Positions 1 to 9,304 of a stretch of DNA of 64,000 nucleotides are shown here, piece by piece (position 1 is the first letter of the stretch; each line of letters starts with the position of its first letter). The stretch comes from Patescibacteria group bacterium. GTDB taxonomy: Bacteria; Patescibacteriota; Microgenomatia; UBA1400; PJMF01. Below the pieces are notes generated by a model that ran no database searches, was not told where the DNA came from, and was given only the letters and a program-made list of their open reading frames with translations. The DNA is taken from NCBI GenBank assembly GCA_041747555.1, contig JBGTEY010000009.1, positions 26,473 through 90,472 of the forward strand, written 5' to 3'. The translations under genes were made by a program, and so were the position numbers.

Positions 1-22
1 CTCGATTAACTACCTATCGGTA

Positions 23-2518
23 TTGAAAGAGTTGATGTTCTATAGCCGATTCTTTGTGCTTGTTGTCTTATTTTTAACATTTGATGCGATTAGAGTTCTG
101 GCAAATTTGTGGCCAATTAGATATATCACTAGACCGTTAGCTCCGATGACAAGCAAGATTCAGAGTACAGTACTTGGTGTTTTTAATTCGAATTCTGATG
201 GAGAAATTTCATCTCTGGATTTAGTGCATTTAGCGATTAGACATTTAAAAGCAAAAAAAGCCAGAACTCTGATTACCATTGGTGGCATGTCGATTGGTTT
301 TGGATCGGTGATATTTTTATTGTCATTGGGGTATGGAACACAGCGATTGGTGGTATCTCGAGTAGCTCGATTGGATGAAATGAAGCAGATCACTGTCACC
401 GTCGGCCAGGCTACCAACCTGAGCCTGAATGACGAAACGCTGGCTGCATTTCAGGATATGGAGAATGTGAGCGCGGCATTGCCGATGATATCTACTGTAG
501 CTAGGGTTAACTACAACAATTCAGTCTCTGACGTTGTGGTGTATGCCGTCAGTCGCGCATTTTTGGAAGAGTCCGCCATTCAACCAACAAGCGGCAAATT
601 GTTTGATGATGGCGAGGTAGTTTCTAGAATTGAAAGCATGACTGGCGAAGTGGCAGGTGTTGAGGACGAAGTACAAGTTGGTGCAAAAATGTATAAGGAA
701 TTGTCGCTGGTGCGTTACTCAATCCATCCTCAAATCTGGAAACCCGTCTATGTAGAACCAAGCGAGAAAGCAGAAATAGTAGGTTACACGAGCAGGGTTC
801 CGGGCGAGCAGGACTCGAGTGAGGTCTGGGGAGAGTTTTATAGCTCCGCAAGCGAAGTGCCAGAAGGTGTTGATTTATTCGAAAATAGATTTAGTGGGTG
901 GGTGCAAGATAGTTTTCCGTTGTGGGTTAAAAGTGTTTGTTCTACTGATGAACTTGATTGTGTAGATGGATCGCTTAAAATGCTCAAAAATGGCAATGCT
1001 CAGCAGTACACCAAAGGATACATCACTGAGGACGATCTAAACATATATCGCTACAAAATAGTTTCAGAAAAACCACAGCAGCTGACTGAGGGCGCGGTCA
1101 TCAGCTCAGTACAATTTTCCATTCCTGGCTCACGATTTCCACAAGTGTATGGCACTACTGAGCTAAATTCTGCAGTGACTACCATTCATGCCTCTCAATC
1201 GAATCCAGATGAGCTTTTCTCTGGAGATTTAGTTGTTGGCGATGCATATGCAGGCGGAAATGGATGGGGATCAGTGGGTGTTAATCAAAATGGTAAAAGC
1301 GTTGGTTTGTGGGTGAGAGCCAAGGTGCCTCTGTGGAGAAAGTTAGATTGCGGCGAGTGTGCCGATCAGTACTTGAAAGAACTGGATTCAAATGATTTAC
1401 AAGTAGTTTCACAGGCAGTTGTCAAGGCGGGCGACGTGTCAATTGAAGGATTACCAACTGCTCCAAAAATCGGATCGGTACTTGGAGAAACTACAGAAAA
1501 TGGTGGTTCCACTACGCAAGTAGCAAGTGCATCGGGCACCATTGGAAGGTCCCCGTTAGCTAGTGGTTCCGCAGCTTTACTAGAGGAAGAAGGCGATTTA
1601 GACGTCGGTGACGGTACACAAATTTCTGCAAGAACACTAGAAGACGGCAGTGTTGAATGGGTAAGCATCGCTTCTGATTCTGCGGCGCTGTCTACCGATG
1701 ATCGTGAAATAGTTCCCTTTACACCAAGTTCTAAACGAGAAGTTGTAGTCAATGAAGCGATGTTGAGTATGCTCGGTATTACACTCGATGAGGCACTTAA
1801 TAAAACTTTTGATGCTGTGTTTGTGTTAGATCAAGAATTTTTTAGTAGCCAAGACATGCAAATTGAATCAGAGTCTGCAGTATTCGCGATCATTGGTGTT
1901 ATACCTGGTGATAAAAATGCCGCCTATTATCTTCCATTCTCTGATCTGAAGGGAATGGGGATAGAAAATTACTCGCAGGTCAAGGTCGTGGTAGCTGATC
2001 AGTCGGCCCTTCCGGCAGTTCGCCAACAAATAGAGTCGCTCGGATTTAAAACTACCTCAGTGACCGATACCGTTGGAAAAATTAATAGCCTTTTTGACAC
2101 AATTCGTCTGGTACTTTCTGCTCTTGGAATGGTTGCTTTAAGCGTCGCGGCACTGGGTATGTTTAATACGCTGACCGTATCTCTGCTGGAAAAAACTAGA
2201 GAAGTCGGTTTAATGAAGACCATTGGCATGAAGTCGAACGAAGTTAAGAGACTCTTCATTGCAGAATCAATTGTCATGGGTTTGTCTGGCGGAATTTTTG
2301 GACTGGTGTTGAGCACTGGCGCAGGATATGCATTGAGTGCTGTCTTGTCGACGATATCTGTAACCAAGGGTTTGGGGTACATTAACATAGTTCACACTCC
2401 GTTGTATTTGGCAGTTGGAATTGTGGCGGTGGCATTCTTGGTCGGAGTGTTGACTGGGTTGTATCCGTCGCATCGTGCAACCAAAATCTCAGCGCTCAAC
2501 GCACTCCGCTATGAGTAG
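23..2518 (+). CDS. ABC transporter permease, FtsX/MacB-like, with large extracytoplasmic domain; the 5' end may lie upstream of the window (alternative TTG/ATG starts at 23/35)
   Basis: N-terminal TM segment (RTLITIGGMSIGFGSVIFLLSLGYG) follows the typical MacB/FtsX pre-TM1 motif. A long extracytoplasmic domain is followed by three C-terminal TM helices (LVLSALGMVALSVAALGMFNTL, ESIVMGLSGGIFGLVLSTGAGYAL, LYLAVGIVAVAFLVGVLTGLYP). The reading frame is open to the window start. Confidence 0.7.
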   Translation: MKELMFYSRFFVLVVLFLTFDAIRVLANLWPIRYITRPLAPMTSKIQSTVLGVFNSNSDGEISSLDLVHLAIRHLKAKKARTLITIGGMSIGFGSVIFLLSLGYGTQRLVVSRVARLDEMKQITVTVGQATNLSLNDETLAAFQDMENVSAALPMISTVARVNYNNSVSDVVVYAVSRAFLEESAIQPTSGKLFDDGEVVSRIESMTGEVAGVEDEVQVGAKMYKELSLVRYSIHPQIWKPVYVEPSEKAEIVGYTSRVPGEQDSSEVWGEFYSSASEVPEGVDLFENRFSGWVQDSFPLWVKSVCSTDELDCVDGSLKMLKNGNAQQYTKGYITEDDLNIYRYKIVSEKPQQLTEGAVISSVQFSIPGSRFPQVYGTTELNSAVTTIHASQSNPDELFSGDLVVGDAYAGGNGWGSVGVNQNGKSVGLWVRAKVPLWRKLDCGECADQYLKELDSNDLQVVSQAVVKAGDVSIEGLPTAPKIGSVLGETTENGGSTTQVASASGTIGRSPLASGSAALLEEEGDLDVGDGTQISARTLEDGSVEWVSIASDSAALSTDDREIVPFTPSSKREVVVNEAMLSMLGITLDEALNKTFDAVFVLDQEFFSSQDMQIESESAVFAIIGVIPGDKNAAYYLPFSDLKGMGIENYSQVKVVVADQSALPAVRQQIESLGFKTTSVTDTVGKINSLFDTIRLVLSALGMVALSVAALGMFNTLTVSLLEKTREVGLMKTIGMKSNEVKRLFIAESIVMGLSGGIFGLVLSTGAGYALSAVLSTISVTKGLGYINIVHTPLYLAVGIVAVAFLVGVLTGLYPSHRATKISALNALRYE

Positions 2519-2551
2519 GGATGTTGCAGCATTTGGATACGTTTTCACTCG

Positions 2552-3493
2552 TTACCGGGAAATCACCCCATGGACTGTTTGCGAAACTTCTCGAATGGCA
2601 TTTGTTTGTGCTTTTTTATCACTTCCTTTTGTCATGACGCATAAGACGTATGGCCGTGTTTCGTGATATATCACTCCGCAGTCGTGAAGTTGAGTGGTTG
2701 GATCTTCACTTGTTGGATTTTTTATTCCAAATTTATGTGCAACGGTTGTAGTTTCGGGAACGCCTGCAACTAACCCATCGGTGAATGTGCTCTGGGCCAA
2801 AAGCTGGAGTAAATACTCGGAATTTTTTCTGGTGAGATACGAAGAATTGTAGAGAACACGAAAAATAGAGGAGTAAGAACGTACAGAAACAAAGTCTGCT
2901 GGAGTAGAATTCGCGGGAAATGGAATATTCAAATCTTCATGCACTTTTTCAACAAATTTTAAGGGAATATTTTCTACCAAAAGCGTAAATGCGACGTTGT
3001 CAGAGAGAATTACGGTTCGTTCAATGAGTTGACGGGCGGTGTAAACTTCTCCAAGTATGAGGTTTTCTCCCTCTGGCAGGTTGGTGCTGATTTCCTGCTC
3101 ATACGTGATTTTTTCGTCAAGAATTAATGGATTTTCATCCGCTATCTTGAGATAAGCGAAGAGAATTGGAAGTTTAAGCAAACTTTGTGGAGCAAATGAT
3201 GTTAATTCGTTATGTCCATACCAAGGTCCGTTAAGCAGATCTCGGTAGTAGAGGCTTATCTCAATGGAGGGGTGATTCGCAATTTCTGTTTCAACTGCTT
3301 GTTTGAGATCGGAGAGCTTGGCATTGCCTTGATTGTTACCATATTCACATTCAAGGAGCGGATTAATCAATGAGTAACCACTCTCGCGTTTCTCTTGTTG
3401 CAGGTCGGTGTCTGACTCAGACGAACTAGGTTCACTACTACTCTTTTCTGCAAAAAAGTTTCCTAAATAAAACGATCCAGCAACCGAAAGCAC
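2552..3493 (-). CDS. Class A beta-lactamase-like serine hydrolase (Beta-lactamase2 family), probably membrane-anchored or secreted
   Basis: SxxK motif (APQSLLK), SDN loop (ILSDNVAFTLL), and a KTG-like triad variant (HKFG). The ORF starts at GTG. The upstream in-frame stretch encodes a hydrophobic KKFLVATAWVLSVAGS segment, which is signal/anchor-like, but no in-frame ATG is found. Confidence 0.55.
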   Translation of the reverse strand: MLSVAGSFYLGNFFAEKSSSEPSSSESDTDLQQEKRESGYSLINPLLECEYGNNQGNAKLSDLKQAVETEIANHPSIEISLYYRDLLNGPWYGHNELTSFAPQSLLKLPILFAYLKIADENPLILDEKITYEQEISTNLPEGENLILGEVYTARQLIERTVILSDNVAFTLLVENIPLKFVEKVHEDLNIPFPANSTPADFVSVRSYSSIFRVLYNSSYLTRKNSEYLLQLLAQSTFTDGLVAGVPETTTVAHKFGIKNPTSEDPTTQLHDCGVIYHETRPYVLCVMTKGSDKKAQTNAIREVSQTVHGVISR

Positions 3494-3623
3494 CCAAGCT
3501 GTGGCGACGAGAAACTTTTTGGTACTGATGTTGAAAGATGTGGTGTGCGTATGCGGTGCTATCTTGATGCGTTTGGGCAGGGTTGATCATAGCATGAGGG
3601 CAGACTGTTTGAGAAGTCGAAAA

Positions 3624-4289
3624 TTAGCGCCAATCAATGCCCTCTAACCCCTGTAGGGCCAAATACGAATTAGCTTGACTAAAATGATGCTTTCCATGAA
3701 ACAGTTGGGCAGAAAATGGTGAAGGGTGACCGGACTCTAGAACGAGGTTTTTTTCACGATCGATGTGCTGACCTTTTTGCTGTGCGTATTTTCCCCAGAG
3801 GAGATAGACGATGCCAGTGCGGTTATCATTTACTGCTTTGATAGTTTGATCGGTGAATATTTCCCAGCCTTTATTTTTATGTGAGGCAGGATTTTTGGCG
3901 AGCACTGTCAAAACACTGTTAAGGAGGAGCACTCCTTGCTTGGCCCAGCGTGTTAGGTCTCCAGAGTTGTGGGGGGTGACTTCAAGATCATGTTGAATTT
4001 CTTTAAAAATATTTGCCAAAGAAGGTGGAATTTTGGTCCCGTCGTTAACGGCAAAACTTAGCCCATTAGCCTGACCTGGTCCGTGATATGGATCTTGTCC
4101 GACAATTACAACTTTTACCTGATCAAGAGGGCAGAGGTCGTACGCTCTAAAAATATGTTTAGCGGGGGGAAATACATTTTTGGTTGAGTATTCCTCCCGA
4201 ACAAACGCGGTTAACTCCTGCCAATATTCTGCAGAAAATTCTTGCTTTAGCGCATTTTTCCAAGATTCATGGATGATAACTTGACTCAT
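3624..4289 (-). CDS. ung: Uracil-DNA glycosylase (family 1)
   Basis: GQDPYH motif (VVIVGQDPYHGPGQANG), LLLN motif, and HPSPxSA motif (HPSPFSAQ). The track ORF extends to 4430, but homology begins at MSQVIIHESWKNALK (ATG at 4289), giving a typical size of about 222 aa. Confidence 0.88.
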   Translation of the reverse strand: MSQVIIHESWKNALKQEFSAEYWQELTAFVREEYSTKNVFPPAKHIFRAYDLCPLDQVKVVIVGQDPYHGPGQANGLSFAVNDGTKIPPSLANIFKEIQHDLEVTPHNSGDLTRWAKQGVLLLNSVLTVLAKNPASHKNKGWEIFTDQTIKAVNDNRTGIVYLLWGKYAQQKGQHIDREKNLVLESGHPSPFSAQLFHGKHHFSQANSYLALQGLEGIDWR

Positions 4290-4364
4290 AACTATCCGTA
4301 CTGTATCACAAGTTTTTTTAAAATAACGCATTTTTAGAAAAATAGTATACAATATCCAAGTACT

Positions 4365-5462
4365 ATGCACGACGATACGTCTGATCCATTGCCTCCGGGT
4401 GTTTCCCCAAGAAAACAACCATCTAACCATGAATTGACGCGTGAATTACACTCGTTATTTTCTAACGTCGTGATTGTTCGAACCGATGTCCAGCGCGCAT
4501 ATTTTGCCACAGAAGATGCATACATTGCAGAAAAGGAATGTATTGTGCGCAGTGAGCAGGTTGCGGAACAATTAACGTCACTCGGTGTGCCAACGCAAAT
4601 TGTAATCGCAGATAAACTGCTGGCAGAGAATTTACTCAAGATCAAGCCAGATTTATGCATTAATTTTGTTGATACCGTCCGCGGTTCAGGCGCACTTGCC
4701 TCGGGAATTCCCGGTATTTTTGAGCTGTTGCAAATTCCGTATGTTGGTGCAGATACGCTCGCACTTTCACTCAATAATAATAAATTTCTAACAAAAACCT
4801 TGCTTGACGCCTGGGATTTGCCGACGCCTCAATCTCAATTATTTCGAGCAATTAATCAGCCGCTAGACAAATCATTGCGGTTCCCCTTGATCGTAAAATT
4901 AAATGAAGAGCACGGTAGTGTTGGAATTGATCAAGCATCGGTCGTAACCAATGAGAAAGAACTCAAAAAGCGCCTTGAATTCCTCATAGGTACATATCAA
5001 CAACCGGCATTAGTCGAAGAATTTATAGAGGGTGGACGAGAAATTACGGGTGTTGTGCTCGAGGCAAAGCAAACTGTAAAGGTTTTCCTTTCAGAGCGAT
5101 CGTATGAGGTGAAGAGCGGTGAATTTAAGCTGTTAACCTTTGATACAAAATGGGCAACTGATTTGGGCGAAGAAGAACCAGTGGAGTATGTACCGTTCAC
5201 TGACGCCAGTGAGTCGCAAATCAGAGAAATTAAGGAAGACCTTAGAAAAGCCTTTGAGATTTTGCGAATGGATGACCTAGGGCGATTTGATCTGATTATC
5301 GATAAATATGGAAATCACTATTTTATTGATAGTAACGCCAACCCATCACTCGGACCGGAGAGTTCGGTTGCGCGAGCAGTTCAGGCAAATGGCCAAAAAT
5401 TTTCTACCGTTATGCGCAATATTCTCGAGAGAAACTGGCGTGATATCACTCTCAACGAATAG
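4365..5462 (+). CDS. ATP-grasp enzyme, D-alanine--D-alanine ligase-like
   Basis: Central ELLQIPYVGADTLALSLNNNKFLTKTLLDAWDLPTP resembles the Ddl central region. C-terminal ATP-grasp signature (FDLIIDKYGNHYFIDSNANPSLG). The N-terminus is atypical and lacks the FGG motif. Confidence 0.55.
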   Translation: MHDDTSDPLPPGVSPRKQPSNHELTRELHSLFSNVVIVRTDVQRAYFATEDAYIAEKECIVRSEQVAEQLTSLGVPTQIVIADKLLAENLLKIKPDLCINFVDTVRGSGALASGIPGIFELLQIPYVGADTLALSLNNNKFLTKTLLDAWDLPTPQSQLFRAINQPLDKSLRFPLIVKLNEEHGSVGIDQASVVTNEKELKKRLEFLIGTYQQPALVEEFIEGGREITGVVLEAKQTVKVFLSERSYEVKSGEFKLLTFDTKWATDLGEEEPVEYVPFTDASESQIREIKEDLRKAFEILRMDDLGRFDLIIDKYGNHYFIDSNANPSLGPESSVARAVQANGQKFSTVMRNILERNWRDITLNE

Positions 5463-5477
5463 TATCACCACTGAAGA

Positions 5478-7034
5478 TTAGTTAGGATACTCGATCCAGT
5501 ATTCACCCTCAGGTGAAGTATCTGCGTCGTAGGCATCGTCTGTGGCACTTCCTCGATATGCTGCTCTACAAAAACCACTCGGGTTGCTGCATCCGCCAAC
5601 GGGGAAATTCTCTGCAACAGCAGGTATACAGTCGAGTCCGACTTCTGTACATCCACCGGTCACGTCGCCGTATCGGTTGGTGTAGAGGTTGAAGGTTACG
5701 AATCCATTTTTTGAGCCATCTTCGTCATATGCTGATCCGTCAAATTCAATAGGGATCTGTACCCAAGTTCTAAAGAGTGCAGCTGCGCTATTGTCATTAC
5801 CACAGGTGAAGAGATTCGTTTCTGGGTCTAGACACCAGAAGTGCATTTTGTCTGTCATGGTAGAACTTGGAGGCATACCGATATTACTCAATGTAATTTC
5901 GCCCGTGCTTTCCCCTTGGAGAAAGTGAATTCCATGTCCAACCCGTAAGCGATTTCTTCCTTCTGGATCGCTTGGTAAGTAATTGTAAACATTGCCTTCA
6001 CTTTGCCATGAGTCTAAGCTATTTTGCCCGACTGAGTGAATTCTGTAGGGAGCAAGTTCAGCTGGTGTATCTGCAAATTCTGCAGGATCACCAGGCATTG
6101 GCAGGTAGTCGCCACGCTGTGGGTAGTTGAGTCTGCCAAAGTCGAGCCAACCACCGCCTCGATAGATTCCGCAATTTTCTTCTGACAAGTCGCCTTGATT
6201 ACAAGCGCGTGCTTCGAGCCATACACTATGAAATCGGGTGAGAGCACCCATCTCGCCACCGATTTGGTGGTATTGGACGCGAGCATCAGTAATGGCATGC
6301 GTACCTAGAAGGAGTGCGCCATTAATACTTTCTTGTGAAGTTTTGTTTTTGTAACCCAGCCATTTGTAGCCTTCATGCTTGCAGGTGTTCTCTGTGCACG
6401 TGCCAGCTGCGTAACTCTCAAAAGAATCAGACGCACCGGCATAGGTTTGCCAAGGATACGATATTTCACCACCTGCCCATTCATAGACTTGGGTGCCAAA
6501 CACATCATCAAAATCATGGGGGTTCATCTTGTGTTCGTGGTCGTAGTGACAACCGAGTTCTTCATTCCATAAACCATGCCAAGAGGTTGCGTCATGGTCA
6601 GCATCTGCGCATTTTGGTGATCCTGCGACTGGTGTTGCACCAGGTTGCGCTGGACTTGCGGATGGTGTGGAACTAGGCGGAGAACTTGGTGTGGCTCCAG
6701 GTTTACCGACTATGATTGGATCTGGCAAGAGCGAAGGGAGTGGTTTTACAGAAGGATCAGTGACTGGAGGACGCAAGTGTTGTCGTTCTACACGAAGCGT
6801 TTCGCTATTCACCACCTCTGGTCTTGATATAGCCCGGATGGTAGATTTTTGTTTTTCTGGTGAGGTTTCTGCCTGTTGCTCGGTGAGAAGTCGTTTGAGC
6901 ATTGTTTCTCGATTACTAGGTTGAGATCTGGAGGAGCTTTGTCCTTGAGCTGCTTGAGGGAGCACAGCAAGAACGATCGCAACCATAAGGAGCAAAGAGA
7001 AGACAGCTTTTATTTTTTGAGGGGGGATTTTCAT
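5478..7034 (-). CDS. Secreted hypothetical protein (signal peptide, Pro/Ser/Thr-rich linker, Cys/Trp-rich domain)
   Basis: N-terminal signal peptide (MKIPPQKIKAVFSLLLMVAIVLAVLPQAAQG), a P/S/T-rich linker (PGATPSSPPSSTPSASPAQPGATPVAGSP), and many Cys and Trp residues. I do not recognise a catalytic motif. Confidence 0.5.
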   Translation of the reverse strand: MKIPPQKIKAVFSLLLMVAIVLAVLPQAAQGQSSSRSQPSNRETMLKRLLTEQQAETSPEKQKSTIRAISRPEVVNSETLRVERQHLRPPVTDPSVKPLPSLLPDPIIVGKPGATPSSPPSSTPSASPAQPGATPVAGSPKCADADHDATSWHGLWNEELGCHYDHEHKMNPHDFDDVFGTQVYEWAGGEISYPWQTYAGASDSFESYAAGTCTENTCKHEGYKWLGYKNKTSQESINGALLLGTHAITDARVQYHQIGGEMGALTRFHSVWLEARACNQGDLSEENCGIYRGGGWLDFGRLNYPQRGDYLPMPGDPAEFADTPAELAPYRIHSVGQNSLDSWQSEGNVYNYLPSDPEGRNRLRVGHGIHFLQGESTGEITLSNIGMPPSSTMTDKMHFWCLDPETNLFTCGNDNSAAALFRTWVQIPIEFDGSAYDEDGSKNGFVTFNLYTNRYGDVTGGCTEVGLDCIPAVAENFPVGGCSNPSGFCRAAYRGSATDDAYDADTSPEGEYWIEYPN

Positions 7035-7217
7035 AGTAATCCTTTATGTTATTACTATACAGAAAAGTATATATCAGATATGTACTAATTACAATGGCAT
7101 CAATTTATGCATCACGAGTTAGGATACACCTCGTGGTTGTGGATTCCGTGTACTTGGGGGATGTGATGCATGTCTGACAATTGTGTAGCCTCCAGTATTT
7201 GTGCTACAGTAACAATT

Positions 7218-8465
7218 ATGAAAACAAGACGTTTATTACTTGCAATTTTATTGGCGACCGGAGGACTGCTATTTTCTGTTTTAGGACTATCCCAAATAGT
7301 GAATGCCCAGCAATTAGTGAGCTGGAACAATCCAGGCTGGGGGTCATCTACAGATGTGATTCATTCAACTGTTAAAAGTCCTGCGATGGGTAATATTGAC
7401 GTTGGATACACTATATATTTACCACCTGGATACAACTCGAGTCAAAATAGATATCCTACCGTTTATTTTTTACACGGTATACAAGGTCATGAGTGGAATT
7501 ATCACAATAGTTTGGGAAGTAATCCCAACGGAATTGTTCAGCTGGTTAAATCTGGTGCTGTGGAACCGATGATTTTGGTTTTTCCAAATGGTGGTTCTGG
7601 ATTGAATTACATTGATGCACCAGGTAATTGTGCAGATACCAAAGCCTGTCCTGAATCAATGTTAATTAATGAATTGCTGCCCCATATCGATCAAACATAC
7701 CGAACCATTCCAGAGAAAGAATTTAGAGCAATTCAAGGATTCTCTATGGGTGGCATGGGTGCGACCTACCTTGGAACAAAATATCCAGAATTGTTTAGTT
7801 CAATTGCAACACAGTCAAGTGCCTGTCAACTGCTAGCAAACTGTGAATCCGTAAAAAATCACATTCAATCAAACATCTCATCAAATGCATCGTACTTAAG
7901 AGATACGGTGGCATTTAGAGTTTCATATGGATCTCAAGAAGGAAGTCCGAGTGGAAGTGGTATCGCCGGTTGGCAATCGTCCTTACACACCACGCTAAAT
8001 GGGTATGGAATCCAAACAGAATTACTCAGTTTATTAGGTACAGGTCATAATATGAGTGCGCAACACTCGGTGGTGAACCCAAGCACAAGTCGAACATTTG
8101 GTTTAGATACACTGATGTTCCATAGTGATAATTTTGGAAATGGCTCAACACCTCCTGGGCCGAGCGTACAACCATCAGCATCGCCAACAACAATTGCGTC
8201 GCCGGTTTCCTCTCCAGTTGCGTCACCGATCGCTTCCCCAGTGTCATCTCCAAACCCAACTGATGAACCTTCGCCGTCCCCCAGCACTGAGGAGCCACTA
8301 TTCCCTGACTACAATAGAGACGGATTAATTACGTATTCTGATTTCGAAATGCTGCTACCTGCGTTGTTTGGTTCGAATTGCGCCATTAACCTTTTGGGTA
8401 GCTGTGAGATTGACCTTTTTGACTACAACGCGTTTATGACTGCATATGAAAGTGAGAATCTATGA
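7218..8465 (+). CDS. Secreted esterase (alpha/beta hydrolase, putative esterase family) with a C-terminal dockerin-like module
   Basis: Signal peptide (MKTRRLLLAILLATGGLLFSVLG). Nucleophile elbow GFSMGG in an esterase-like context (TVYFLHGIQGHEWN). A P/S-rich linker is followed by a Ca-binding dockerin repeat DYNRDGLITYSD (D-x-N-x-D-G-x-I-x-x-x-D). The track ORF begins 16 codons earlier at 7170. Confidence 0.6.
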   Translation: MKTRRLLLAILLATGGLLFSVLGLSQIVNAQQLVSWNNPGWGSSTDVIHSTVKSPAMGNIDVGYTIYLPPGYNSSQNRYPTVYFLHGIQGHEWNYHNSLGSNPNGIVQLVKSGAVEPMILVFPNGGSGLNYIDAPGNCADTKACPESMLINELLPHIDQTYRTIPEKEFRAIQGFSMGGMGATYLGTKYPELFSSIATQSSACQLLANCESVKNHIQSNISSNASYLRDTVAFRVSYGSQEGSPSGSGIAGWQSSLHTTLNGYGIQTELLSLLGTGHNMSAQHSVVNPSTSRTFGLDTLMFHSDNFGNGSTPPGPSVQPSASPTTIASPVSSPVASPIASPVSSPNPTDEPSPSPSTEEPLFPDYNRDGLITYSDFEMLLPALFGSNCAINLLGSCEIDLFDYNAFMTAYESENL

Positions 8466-9304
8466 ACACTGCCAATACTACAGATCAGTCCACCCACACT
8501 AATCACACGACCTCAGAGCATTCGATAGGTTCACACGATCAGAGAACACATCATCCAGCCCATCTTGACCGATCAAAAAAAATTATGGCAGGACTTGCGA
8601 TTGCATTTTTTACTGTAATTGGCCTCGGAATTTTGGTTGTTAATTCACAACAAGCACAAGATCAAAGGACACAAGCAGATGTAATTGACGGTGCATCGCT
8701 GTATTTTCTTCCCCAACAAGTTACGCTCCAGTCTGGTACGACGAGTTCAGTATCACTGTTGATAGATCCAAAACAATATGAAGTGACAGCAGCTGACATT
8801 CGGTTGCAGTACGATCCTACCAAAATTGAGGTAGTCTCTGTCTCACAAGGGCAGTACTTTCCTTTAGAGTTACGGCCTTCAAGCATCAATGGGTTTGAGG
8901 GTGTGGTGACTACGACGCTTGGGCATCGACCAGGTGAAGTTTTGAGAATTTTGTCGGCTCCTGTACTTACAGTCGAGTTTCGAGCCCTTACAAGTGGAGA
9001 AAGTATGATTTCCGTGCTCGGAGAATCAGTTGTAACTGCTTTAGGTATCAACGAAGATGTGCTGACTGATTTAGGAAGCTTAGTCATCACTGCGCAGGGC
9101 GGAAGAGGTGAGGGAACAGGCGCCCAACCTACTTCAAATCCGACACGTCCAAGTCCCTCACTAGGACCTCGTCAACAACAGCAACAACAAACTCAACAGC
9201 CTGGATCATCATTTCAAGAAGCGCAAGTTGATGTAACTGTCGAAGATCAAATTATTGTTCCGAAGCCTCCTGAGGAGACAATCCCCCCAAGATTTCTCCA
9301 ATAA
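8462..9304 (+). CDS. Membrane-anchored cohesin-like domain protein
   Basis: His-rich cytoplasmic tail, a single TM helix (MAGLAIAFFTVIGLGILVV), then a beta-sandwich region ending ...AADIRLQYDPTKIEVVSVSQGQYF, matching the cohesin f-x-l-x-Y-D-p-x-x-L-e-v-v-s-v motif. Gln-rich C-terminal tail. Confidence 0.5.
   Translation: MNTANTTDQSTHTNHTTSEHSIGSHDQRTHHPAHLDRSKKIMAGLAIAFFTVIGLGILVVNSQQAQDQRTQADVIDGASLYFLPQQVTLQSGTTSSVSLLIDPKQYEVTAADIRLQYDPTKIEVVSVSQGQYFPLELRPSSINGFEGVVTTTLGHRPGEVLRILSAPVLTVEFRALTSGESMISVLGESVVTALGINEDVLTDLGSLVITAQGGRGEGTGAQPTSNPTRPSPSLGPRQQQQQQTQQPGSSFQEAQVDVTVEDQIIVPKPPEETIPPRFLQ

Noticed and set aside
3624-4430. Long N-terminal extension of the ung ORF (268 aa), overlapping the next gene's start region
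   Set aside because: Family-1 UDG homology and typical length (~222 aa) begin at the internal ATG at 4289. The extension has no conserved features and would collide with the divergent ATP-grasp gene.
4334-4774. 146-aa minus-strand ORF
   Set aside because: It lies entirely antisense to, or overlapping, the well-supported Ddl-like ATP-grasp gene and the ung upstream region. No motifs; it looks like an antisense artefact.
6305-6924. Cluster of small plus- and minus-strand ORFs (6305..6517, 6335..6676, 6375..6572, 6645..6827, 6667..6924)
   Set aside because: All lie inside, and mostly antisense to, the 518-aa secreted-protein gene, which has a signal peptide and coherent domain structure. Treated as spurious.
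9252-9304. 53-bp convergent overlap between the cohesin-like gene and pyrD 3' ends
   Set aside because: Probably real but unremarkable. The cohesin protein's low-complexity tail (QQQQQQTQQ...PPRFLQ) may simply read through, and there is no evidence of a frameshift or fusion.
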